A program made the translations under genes and the position numbers. A stretch of 64,000 nucleotides of DNA from Eukaryota sp. TZLM1-RC (lineage: Eukaryota; Protista; Metamonada: BaSk clade). Where the stretch lies: NCBI GenBank assembly GCA_040285825.1, contig JAUPSS010000010.1, positions 310,001 through 374,000 of the forward strand. Direction: 5' to 3'. Numbering within the stretch: the stretch's first letter is position 1; every line of letters begins with the position of its first letter. Below, piece by piece: positions 11,101-22,219 of the stretch. The notes below the pieces were generated by a model. It saw nothing but the letters and a program-made list of their open reading frames with translations. It did not search any database and was not told the DNA's origin.

Positions 11101-14100
11101 CTGCCTTTTCCTCTCTTTCGAGCGACGAGCCCTGGAAGCTCTAGTCACAGGAGGTGAACTAATGGAAATACGACGCTTCTTGGGAGGAGCGGATTTAGTA
11201 CGGCGACGTGCTTTTGAAGTCTTGATAAAGTCTTTATACGCGGCAGTATTTTGGACTGTAGACACATGCTCAGTGGTGATCTCTTTTCCAGGCCATTGCA
11301 CTTGGCAAAAGTCACCATCCTGACTGAGCACTTTTTCAATGATGTGTTCTTCGACATCACCAGCACCGACCCAAGAGTGGAACTCATCGTTGGTGGGCAA
11401 GCTGGAGTGCCAGGGAGCTAAGTGTTTGACGCTAGCTTGGACAATCGTACCTGTGCAGAGATTCTTAATATTCACAGACGAATTGGATACGATTTCAGTA
11501 ATTAGGAAGGGTCCTAAATAGTCTCCATGAAGCTTAGCGGAAGAGCCAGATGCTCTCAATACCAATTGACCAACTTCAAAAGGGTTTGGAGTTGACGATC
11601 TTGTTAGCTTGGAAGCTTTGGAAGCTTGATGGTGTGCTGCCTTTTCCTGTTTCTCTTTCAATCTTCGAAATTTAGATTGAATTTCTTGAATAAAAGATGA
11701 CTCAGACGTCGAGCTTTCAATGATTTCAAGGATTTTGCCAGGGTCTGATCTGGGAGACACATCTGAGCCAAAGATCACTTGGTATGGAGTGTGGTTGGTT
11801 ATTGAGCTCTTGGAAGAGTTGATCAATAATTGCACATAAGGCAAGTATTCAGACCACACATCGTAGGCATTGAAGTCTATGAGCAATTTCCGTAGGTTTT
11901 GCAGGATGTCTCTGTGTCGGCGCTCTACCAAGCCGTTGGACGGAGAAAACCTAGGTATTGACTTTGACACCTCTATGCCCAAAAATTTGCTTAATTCGTC
12001 AAAGACAGCCTTGGAAAATTCGGGTCCATTATCGCTGTGGATTTGAAATGGAATACCAAAGATGGCACAGACTTTCCAAATTAATGCATCTGCAGTAAGA
12101 TTGGCATTTATCTCTTTTAAAGGCACGATGATTGTGAACCTAGAGAAGCTGTCGATAAATACGAGGATGTATTTGTAGCCTTCTTGATCTTCTGGAAGAG
12201 GACCAATGACGTCGGCGTTGACGCGAGCAAAAGGTCTGTCAGCCCACAATGAACCGGTTGGGGGAACGTGCAGTTTGGGAACTGGCTTAGTTTTCTGACA
12301 GGAGGGGCATTCTTGGACGTGGTTATTCATGTCGGTGAGCATGTTTGGCCACCAATAATCGCTGTTCCTGAGCTTGTTCAGGCTTTCAGCTTTGCTTGGA
12401 TGACCTCCTTGCAGAAGTCCATGCAACAAGTTAAGGGTGTCCTTAATGAGTGATTTGGGAATCACTATCTTGTTGTCGTGAGTCATATATAAATCAAGAT
12501 GATTGTTATGAACACAGTTGTTGAAAGAGGGGTCTTTGGAAGCTATGGCAAGCTTCTGTTCGGACCTAATCCTACAGAGCCATGGCTCGAAAATAGGCAG
12601 GTCGTTGGAACCTCGTTCTCTGATGACCATGATACGTTCGAAGTTGTTTAAGTCTTCGATGTAGTATCTTTCATTTTCTGTTCCATCAATTTTATCGATG
12701 TAAAATATTGGATGAAAATTTGGAGGCATTTGATGGGACAAATGATTGATCTCTTGATGGTCTATAGGCGGAACTATTCGAGACAACATATCAGCCCAGA
12801 AGTTATCTTCCCCTTTGGTATGTACCAAATCAAAGCAGAATTCAGAGAATATGGGTAACCATCTTGTTACAATTCTGTTCTTCTCAGGAGCCGTAAACAT
12901 GTAGGTAAGGTTTTGATGGTCTGTGAATATGACCAGTTTCCTTCCTTTTAAGTAGTTTTCAAAACCACTTTGAGTTAACATGAGTAGGATAGCGTAGAGT
13001 TCCTTTTGGTTAGTCGGCCAGTTCTTTTGCGAGTTGGTTAACAACCGGCTGAAGAAGCTGATAGGCCTACATTTCCTATTGATCAGGGGGGTACCGGGGT
13101 CGTCGACTTGTTCGATTTGTTCCCATATGACGCCGCCTACAGCAATGTCGGATGCATCGCAACTAATTAAAATTTGGTTTTCCTGCGGAGGTAAGCTGAG
13201 CGGCATGTGTTTCGCTATCAGTTGTTTGATCTTTTGAAGGAGTCCGTCGTGCATGTCGGTCCATTGAAGGCGTTGCGCGCGGGGTTTGGGTTTAACTTTG
13301 GAGTTATTTCCATCCTTCTTAGTCAATCTGATGATAGGAGCGATGAGCTCAGATACCTGAGGAAGCCATTCTCTAATGAAGTTGACTGATCCTACGAGGC
13401 TGCGGACGTCTTTGATTGTCTTTGGTCTAGGTAGATTCAGCAAAGATTCAACGCGAGTGGGATCGATAGTCCGTTGCTTGTTTTGGAAAACACTGCCCAG
13501 TATCTTGATTGGGTGTCTGGAAGACACGAAATGGCACTTTGGAAGTCCCAAGGAAACTCTTTTGCATCTGGCTTGATCAAGGACGCGACGGAGGCGTTCA
13601 ATGAATTCGTCAAAGGTTGAACCTATGATTATGATGTCATCTATGTAAATGAAGACACCGTCTCCAGAGAAGATGTCAGCCATGACGTTTTGGAAAACGG
13701 CTGGGACATTCTTTAGGCCAAAAAGCTGCACGTTTGAACATGATACTTTTGCCAGGAATGCTCAGGGCTGTTTTCTGCCAATCCTTTTCAGCAATCTTGA
13801 GTTGCCAGAAGGCTTTGGGGAGGTCAAGGGTGCCTATGTAGTTCGCTTGGGAGAGAAATACCAGCACGTCGGAGATCCTTGGAAGGTTGGGCTCAACAGG
13901 AATGGTGTTGGCGTTGACTCCGTCCTTGCCACTATAATCACCAGTAAGGCGGGGCTTGCGGTGATCTGGGTAGACCACTAGACAGACAGGGGAGCTGAAC
14001 TCATGGTTCGATGGGACAGCAAATCCTGAGTCTACGAGTTCGTCGAAAATTTGGTTAGCGACCTTTAGCCTGGCTGGATTCAGGGTCCTGGGGGGTCTTC

Positions 14101-14818
14101 TAACTCTGACGTCTTCGTTGTAGAAGTTGATTTCCATGGGAGGGCAATCAATACCTTCAGCATGAGGCTTGAGGGTAAATACGTCTTCGAACTCTTTCAA
14201 AGTTTGAAGTAGGGACTTCTTGAAATGGTCGTTGTCGAGGTTGATGGTACAACCAGATGAGTTGATGTGTTCCAACCAACGTGTGGAAACGTTGACGACT
14301 TCTGAAGCTTGCGATATTCGATGGTCGAATTCGGCTTCAGGTAATAGTAATGTGCGACAGGCGTCGTCCATTCTAATATAAATGCCCTTGTTGTTCATCA
14401 GCCCAAGGTGACTCAACAAGTCAGCACCAATGAGAATGGTCTCATGTCCAGGAACGATGCTGAACTTGTGTTTCACGTGTACAATCTGGGAAACACTGCC
14501 TAGTCTAATGCTAAGGGTTCCAGAAGCAGTACCAAGGGACTGTGAGATAGATCCATCAGCAATCTTGTATGATATGGTTTCGTTGGAACGTGCCATGTTA
14601 CAATTACTGATGACGTCTTCTGTGACTACTGAGCATGTTGCACCGGAGTCAATTATGCCTTTAACTTCGACATTGTTGATCAAGAAGTTTAATTGTAGGC
14701 AGTTGGTTGTGGACTTTATGGATTGTACCATAAATATTGTATCGGAATCATATTCAGCTTGTTCTGAGAAGAAATTAGCTTGAATGTTATGCGTCTTGGT
14801 ATGTTCCAAGTTGGCCAA
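11095..14818 (-). CDS. Family B Pol (PR-RT-RH-IN-chromodomain-like), split by a frameshift at a T-run near 13720
   Basis: IDSGAT, LDLPKAFWQ, YIDD, CDASD, HHCC, HSDNGPEF, LVERRH, YLGPF, IIEKVL..VQWPG. Confidence 0.92.
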
Positions 14819-14826
14819 AGGATTGA

Positions 14827-17800
14827 TTAGGGAATCTTTCCATGTTGTGTTTTCTGTGTGGGAATGTGTTGTAGTTGTAGGGGTATGGTTTCAAAACTGT
14901 GTAAATAGTGACGGGAACGTTTATTATATGATGAAGAGCCCTTGCCTCTGCCGCGAGTGCCTCTTCGGCTACGGAAACCAGAACCTCTAGAACCTCTGCC
15001 TCGAGCTTTGTGTTGAGCTTGTTGCTCTCTCCACTTTTTGCTTCTTTGGCAGTCCTCACTAGGGCACCTTTCAGTCGGATGACCCATTTGTTTACAGAAA
15101 TTGCATTGGACGTTGACATCAGACTGAGTGGAAGACGGTTGAGTAGAGCTTCCTTCTCGTCGTTGTTGTTTTGGGCGCCTGCCAGAGCTGGAACCTCTTG
15201 TTTTGGGGATAGCAGGGGAGAAGGTACCGTCTGTCTGCGACGGTTCTCAGTCTGAAACGAGATTCTATTTTGATACAAGAAGTCCACGTGATTGATCTGC
15301 TCCTTAAAAGATCTAGCATTACAAAAGTTTTCGTACTCTATTTGGAGAACACTGAAAAATTCTCCTAGGGTGTGGCCATCTGAGTAGTAATGGGAGGGGT
15401 TGGACCAGATCCTGAGGAGTCTGTCCCTGATGATGGTAATACCGATGCTTTCAATGACGTGAGAAGCAATTTCCCATTCGGGGAGTCGGTCGACGGGGTT
15501 TCCGTGGATGGTGATGTTTCTCATTTGATGAGTCAGGCCACGAACGTCTTGGATAGCGGTGGAACGCGTTAAGACTCTGCCTATGTTAAGCATGAAGTCT
15601 ATCCATCTATTACCATAATCTCTCTCAGACCAATCCATGTTAACTGCATGTAGAGCATCCAGAGCTTGATCCAGTCTACTGAATTGGGTTCTCCTTAGGA
15701 TCTGTTCCCAAATGTTGCGTTCATCTCTGCTGGTCGGGACCATCGCAGAGGAAATTGAAAGGCCAGTGCCTTGATACCTTAAAGCGTTGAGAGCTTCAGG
15801 TGTTACGCATTCAGCTAAACCTCTGGGACTAATGCGCATGGCGGATCGGAAGAGATCCCATTCGTGAACTGGTTCGCTGTCGAACCGTTGGTCAGATGCC
15901 AATTCTGCTGATCTGGCTAGTTCGAGTTCTTCGCGAAGTCTGGCAACTTCGCTGGCCAAAGCAACTTGAGCAAAGTCTTCGATATTACCTCGAGCCTCAT
16001 CGACTATTCTGTCGGTGCGACTCCAGAGAATGAATTTGTTAACAAACTTTAGGAGTTTATCAACATCTCTTAAGTCTGAAGCATCGAGAGTTGGACGTTT
16101 GGGACGGTCCCTACGTCTATTGTCCCTGTCTCTTGATCCCACCATGGAAGATAGGAGAAGGTTGCTGTCGTAAGTACTCGAGAATGTAGAACGAGAAGAA
16201 CTTACTGTGGAAGGTGTTGGTTGAACCGGGGGCTGAGAACTTGTAGAACTAGTGGAAAGGAGTGTGGGTGGAACCACTGATTGTTCCATAGGCTGTGCAG
16301 GTACTGGAGTGTGTTCCATGGGTGCTAACACAGTTGGAATAGAGTCAGGAGTTGGAGACTCATCACTGACTTCCACTACAACGTCCTCTTCAGTTTGTTC
16401 CATGGGAGGATTATGCGAGGGTTGTGTGGGGGGTTCTGTAGAAGTTTCCATAGGTTGTTCAACGGAGGATGGAACTTCGTTTTGGTGAGGTTCAGGGGAA
16501 GGTTCAGTTTCTTCAATCTGGGCTGGAACCTGATATGAAGAGATCGCTGGTTGTACCAAGCGTGTCTTTTCTATGCGACCTTCTACCATGACCCATTTCA
16601 ACATCCTGGATTCTATGCATCCAGGGAAAACTGTGACGAGCTGGAGAGCTCTTTGAAGATTGCCTGATCTTCTGTGGTCAGGCCCACAATATGAAGCTGT
16701 ATGGTCAGGACGTCTGTCGTAAAGAAAGAGTCTTTCACCATATGTGGTTTCAGTAAACCACCACCCTGTTCTATAATCTCTGTCGATGAGGATATCGAGA
16801 GATGCGTTGTACCCAGGGCTGAACCTAGGGTATGGGCAAGGGTTGTGAACATTTATGAAGAGGTTGTCTTCATCTCCAGCGAAGCGTCTGAATACTCCTT
16901 CTCGAGTAGTTCTCATGAACCTAACTCCGGGTCTTGGTTCGTAAGTTGGTTCAGGGTCATTCCTGGAGGTTTCTGGGGTGATCCTTTCATCGGAAAGAAA
17001 TGGACCAATTCTGGGAGAGATCCATAATCCTAAGTCGTTCTCGACTTTGGGACCGTAGAAAGGAGGCCGTTTGTTGCTCATCTCCGTGGGAGGGATGGCT
17101 TCTGGATCCCCTGGAATGACTCGTGTGTCCCTATATCTAGCGTAAGGGTTGTGCTGACGGGAAGCACCATGATAAACACTTGAGCTAGCGTAGGAGCTAG
17201 TTTGAGAAGGGGTAAGTTGAGCAGGTGTAGAGGATGTTCCTCTTCTAGCTTCAATCTCTCTGTCCAATCTTTTTCTGTGTTCCCAGTTTCGTTCTTCTTG
17301 GAGAAAACGCTCTATATATTCTTTAGAGACCTCACCAGGAATTTTGTCAATTTCAGAAGAAGGTGCCGTGGGAGGGACCTGATGTTGAGGTAGAGGGGAG
17401 AATTCCTTGGGAGGTTCCTCGTACTCAACCAAATCTGAAAAGATTTGTTCGTACCTTTTCCTTTGCTCTTCGGAAAGAAACGAAGGAAGGTTCGAAAGGC
17501 TAGGAATGGAATCACTAGCCTGGTGAGGGGAAACAGACAGATTATTAACTCCACTAACTGTTGAAGTCAGAGGAGATCCTGAAGCTGGAACAGCAGGATT
17601 TTGAATGTTCCTCCTAACAGTTGGAACTGGAGGGAGGAGCTGTTGAGAATGAGAGGGTGGAACCTCAGAACTAGATGAAAGGGATGAAGATGGTACTTCA
17701 ATGGCCTTTGTAGAGGAGGAAGAGGGTTGATCTTCTAATCCTTCCTTTGACGCGAGAGAAGGTTGAACAGTCTCTCTGTTCTGAGTAGAAGGTGAAGATG

Positions 17801-18233
17801 GTACTTCAGAACTTCTTTCAGGGAGGGGAGAAGATGGGACTTCAGATACCCTCAGTTGCGAAGGAGGGAGAGGAGCAACGGAATCCTCAGCATCTTCATC
17901 GTCGTAGGAGACTAATGAAGGGCTTCTTCCTTCCGAAGGAATAGAATCCTTAGGAGGGTTGTCTCCTTCCACCGGAACGGAATCCAGAGGAGGGGAACTT
18001 CCTTCCATTGGAACGGAATCCTCAGGAAAGGAACTATTTTCCTTTGGGGTGGAACCCTCAGGAAGAGTTGCTTCAGGAAGCGCAGCAGCTTCAACCGAAG
18101 AAGGAGGCACGGAAGCAGGGTCTGTGGTTAGAGGTGAGGAAGAGGGACCAGTCTCTTCCTCAAGGATCCTACGCTGAGCCGGGGACGACCCAATACGTAT
18201 TGATGGTCTTGGCTGTTGGTTATTGTCTGACAT
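14827..18233 (-). CDS. Family B Gag (long Pro/Ser-rich N-terminus); Zn knuckle CNFCKQMGHPTERC in the -1 frame
   Basis: ORF 14787-18233 shares the DLFRS and LRRTQF motifs with family A Gag; CCHC and RGG tail are in ORF 14827-15087. Confidence 0.85.
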
Positions 18234-18354
18234 ACAATGTGGAGTAACAGAAGTGTAATTTATTACGAAGAGGAATTGTATTCTCTCTTCTTAAGCTAAC
18301 AGGCGGAATACTAATAACTAAACTATTAACTATAAATACTATTCAAGACTAACA
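18201..18354 (-). repeat. 5' LTR, 154 bp (family B); contains the gag ATG
   Basis: Exact repeat of 10947-11100; ATG at 18233 lies inside it. Confidence 0.96.
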
Positions 18355-20082
18355 TTAATGTGCGAATTAAAAGAAAAATTCCCAGAAATAGATATTGTAG
18401 CATATATGGATGACATTTCTGTAATTGCTCCTATTACAATTCTCAAACAAATAGCAACTTTTATTCAACAGCGTTATGAAGATAATGGTCTCTCATCGAA
18501 TATCTCCAAATGTTTGATTATTGGCCATGAACCAATTGATTTTTTCATTAATGATGTCAATGTTCCCTTTATTAATTATGATCAGTCTGGTTTTCGTTTT
18601 TTGGGTTGTTATCTTGGAAATATTGAAGAAGTCAAAGGCCAACTTTCGACTCTGTTGACTCAATTTGGAAATGAATTAGAATCAATAGAAAATTTAAATA
18701 TTGAGAAACATTTGAAATTCCTTTTCCTAAAAATTTGTTATTCTGGAAAATTTACTCATATTTTGAGATCAACATCACCATCAATTTCTTTGGAGTTTTG
18801 TCGAATTTTTAATGAACAAAGAACCAATTTTTTAGCAAAATTATTGGAAATTGATGCATCTCAGTTACGAAGCCACATTTTTTGTGGTACAAATTTTGGT
18901 GGTGTTAATTTTCATAAATCAAGCTACCTTTGTAAAGCTGCCTTTATTGGAGGTGGTAAAAAATTTATTTATGAATCGTTTTCCTGAAAAAATTCATCTC
19001 ATTGAAAATTGTGGCAGCTCTTATCTTATTTCTTTGCAACAGGAAATTGAAACACTTTCACCCAATGTTTGGTCTAAATGTTTCCCCTCTGATATTGTGG
19101 AACTTCCTCCAAGAAGCTTGCTCTCCTTACCACCGACTTTTGCAAAATTGCAGAAAAAAATCTTGAAAGTTTTAGAAAACTTGGTATATTATACGTCTTA
19201 GCTTGGCTAAAGAAAAGCATCACGTTTGTGCAAACTTTTTGATTGATCTTGAAGACAGTTGCTCAAGTTGCCTAATCTCCCAAATTCCCAACATTTATGG
19301 CCTTCTACTTAATGATCACCAATGGACCACTGCAATGAGAATGAGATGCTTTCTATGGCATTGTTCTTTACCAAATGATTTAATTTGTCGCTGCAAGAGT
19401 GTTGTTACGCTTTCCCATATTTTAAACTGTAAGTATTTTATAACTTATCGCTCAATTGTTCATGACTCAGTTCGTGATTAATTATATGCCATGTGCAAAA
19501 GTTTCAATATAGAGGCATTTTTGAGCCATTAGTACGTATGCTGTCTTCAGATCAAACTGATGATTCCTTTGGTAAAAGAAGGGCTGATTTAGTAGCTCCA
19601 GGGATCGATGGTGTTCTCAATGTTGTAGATGTTGTCTCAGTTGATGTTTGCAAAAATTCTGCTGCTCGTTTAGTGTATTCCCCTGATTCGCCGTTATCTA
19701 ACGCCGAAAAAAAAGAAGATAAAAAAATACGAAGAACCTTTGGCACAGTTAAGTAGAGTGGAACATGTGAAATATCAGTTTGTGCCGTTTGCAATTTCTC
19801 TTTTTGGCCATATTAGACCTTCAGGATTGCACTTTTTGAAAATTTCAAAAAAGTGTTACTGAATAGGTCTGGTAAAACAATGAACTCCACTTTCTGGTTA
19901 AATAGAATTGTTTTTTGCATTTTCAAGTCTATTCCAACAATGATTTCAAAGGCACTTTTAGCTATTGGTGTAGAATATGAACGTAATGCTGTGAGTAGGT
20001 TTAGTAATAGGGACGCTTGTTTGGAGGATATTGAATTATAGATGGGTTTTTTTATCTCAATAAATATTCCAGTTACAAAAAA
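18355..20082 (+). mobile_element. 5'-truncated RLE non-LTR retrotransposon (begins about 10933, split by element B)
   Basis: AYMDD, FRFLG, CRCK..HILNC Zn finger, RRADL..VDV endonuclease, AATAAA and short A tail. Confidence 0.9.
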
Positions 20083-20252
20083 AGTATTGAAATTTAATGA
20101 TGTCTAAGCTTTACGAGGATTCTTCAGAAGTTGGCGTGGAGAATTTTGTTTCATATGTGTTTTAATCTGTTTTGTGTATACGTGGAAAATGTATGTTTAA
20201 ATATTGATAAAGTAAGGCAATGAATTAAAAAAAATTGTTTGTTTAAAAATAA

Positions 20253-21489
20253 GGGACAACTGCAAAATCCACCCGTTTTACAGCATCGACAACAAAATCC
20301 ACCTCCAACGTGATCCATCCATCATTTCATTCAATCTGACCGGCAACTTTTGACTCTGTTTGTACTCTCTTCGTTATAGCCTAGTTCTCCCTCAATCATA
20401 AACAATCTTTATTCATACTAGACTACCATCACGTCAACAAAACTAAAACTAATACAAAACTACATTAGAGAAGAAGCTCAAACATCTTGATCGGTGCCTT
20501 TACACGCACTTTTGTTATGCCCTCCTTGACCACATCTACCGCATGTGTATATTCTCTTTCTTGTAACTGCAGGGAGAGGTTCTGCAGGGCGTGTTCGAGT
20601 GTTGTTTCTTCCCTCTTCTGATTTCTGGTTTCACAACAGGTGGTCCAAAAACAATCTCATCCCTTACAACCTCTTAGAAGATGTAATTTCGTTTCGTAAG
20701 ATGCGTTTAGTGTGAATACAACAGGGTCATTGGCCTTAAGTTTATTCAGATTCAATCCGACTGTCATAGACAGAAATAGGTAGGTGGTAGGTGGATTTTG
20801 TTTAAAAGTTTGAGTAAAAATGAAAAAGGTGGATTTTGCTTAAAAGTTTCAGAACTAGGTGGATTTTATATTTATCCCAATATTGAAATTCCGAACGTTC
20901 GGCCGAACTAGTTTTTGTTCATTTACACGTGTCAACACAGTTTTGTTTAAAGATGTTTTCCCAAATCCCTCTTTCAACTACTACAGTAGATTTCATTGTT
21001 TAAAAATCTGTATTCATACATAAATCCCCTTCTTTACATCAACTTTCTTCATTGCCAAAACACCCTGTTTACAAACTTCTGGACAACGTTAATTAGGATA
21101 AAGTGTCCAAAAATATTACTTCACAGTGCCGCTGCTGCAGTAAAATGCTTAAAGGTTCAGCCCGTCGCTTTTCCTCCCATTTCATTAAGGAGTATAGAGC
21201 TGAATATGCCTTATGTACTCAATTATCCACCATTTCTGTCAAGGATATAAACACTGTCCTAGGTTAATGACCTAGATTTAGATGTTGTAGAACTTTCTGA
21301 ATAAAAGTTTACTTTGTTGGTTGATAGTGAGCATAATAGTATAAGGAAGGAGGAGATAAACAGCATTTTGATATTAATGAATCAAAACGAGATGCCGAAC
21401 TAACCGAACGTATCAGTAGGTGCCGAACGTACGCCGAACTAGTTTAGTTCGGCCGAACTAGTTCAGTAATTCTAACATTGATTTATCCC
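20253..21489 (-). mobile_element. Non-autonomous Mutator-like (MULE) DNA transposon
   Basis: TIRs GGGACAACTGCAAAATCCACC / GGTGGATTTTATATTTATCCC with repeated AAAATCCACC subterminal motifs. A-rich imperfect 9-10 bp TSD. Minus-strand remnant RIYTCGRCGQGGHNK (about 20500-20560) resembles MuDR C-terminal Zn knuckles. Confidence 0.75.
20878..21480. mobile_element. hAT-type MITE/deletion derivative nested in the MULE right TIR
   Basis: 8-bp TSD ATTTATCC (20870-20877, 21481-21488); imperfect TIRs CAATATTGAAATT / AATTCTAACATTG; GCCGAAC subterminal repeats; internal homology to 50920-51170. Confidence 0.82.
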
Positions 21490-21518
21490 AAAAAAATAAT
21501 TTCTTCAAAAATAGTGTT

Positions 21519-22204
21519 AAAATTACAACTACTCATTTGTTAAATTGTAAACATTTTATTACTTTTAGAAGCAAGGTTCATGATGCTGTAAGAGACCAGT
21601 TATATTGTATGTGTAAATCTCATAGAATTGAATCCTTCTTGGAACCTTTGTTGTCAAATCTGTTTGATGCTGAAAATGATTTTCATAAGAATAATAGAGG
21701 TGATGTCATATTACCTGGATTAGATGGAAGCTTCATTTTATTGGATGTAATGTCTGTTGATCCTTGTAATGCCTCAAATGAAAGGCTTGTTAATTCTGAA
21801 ATTCATAATCCCCTTTCAAATGCTGAAAATTTTAAATTCAAAAAATACAATGAACCTTTGTCCAAATTGGCCAGTCTACAGCATGCAAAATACAATTTGT
21901 ATCCATTTGTATTTTCCCTTTTTGGTTCACTTGCACCAACTGCTTTACGTTTTTTGGATGATTTTGAAATGATTGTAAAGAGAAGAACTAGCAGAAATTT
22001 CAACAGATTGTGTTGGCAAAATAGAATTGTGTTTTCTATTTTTAAGGGGATGTTGAAGATGGTTTCCGATGCTTTGCTTTCTCTTGGATCTCACTATGAG
22101 AGAGTTGCATCTAGTGTTTTTGTTTTGGGAGAGATGGATTTTTTAGATGTTGATTTATAGGTTTAGAATAAAATTAAAATTATTAAAAAAAAACAAAAAC
22201 AAAA
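21519..22204 (+). mobile_element. 5'-truncated RLE non-LTR insertion with poly(A) tail and TSD
   Basis: Nearly identical to 31310-31972 (-); RGDVIL..LLDV..AE..K endonuclease; A tail at 22185-22209; TSD AAAAATAGTGTT at 21507-21518 and 22205-22216. Confidence 0.9.
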
Positions 22205-22219
22205 AAAAATAGTGTTTCA

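Larger units (their letters stand above)
10947..18354 (-). mobile_element. Full-length Ty3/Gypsy LTR retrotransposon, family B
   Basis: Identical 154-bp LTRs (10947-11100, 18201-18354). TSD TTAA at 10943-10946 and 18355-18358; rejoined flanks read IHPLMCELK..AYMDD of a non-LTR RT. PPT at 11101-11119. Confidence 0.97.

Noticed and set aside
19479-19481. TAA where homologs have Gln (VRD*LY versus VRDQLY), suggesting a TAR=Gln genetic code
   Set aside because: PGM2 ends at its expected C-terminus with TAA, other host genes end in TAA or TAG, and long ORFs have no in-frame TAR; this is a C-to-T lesion
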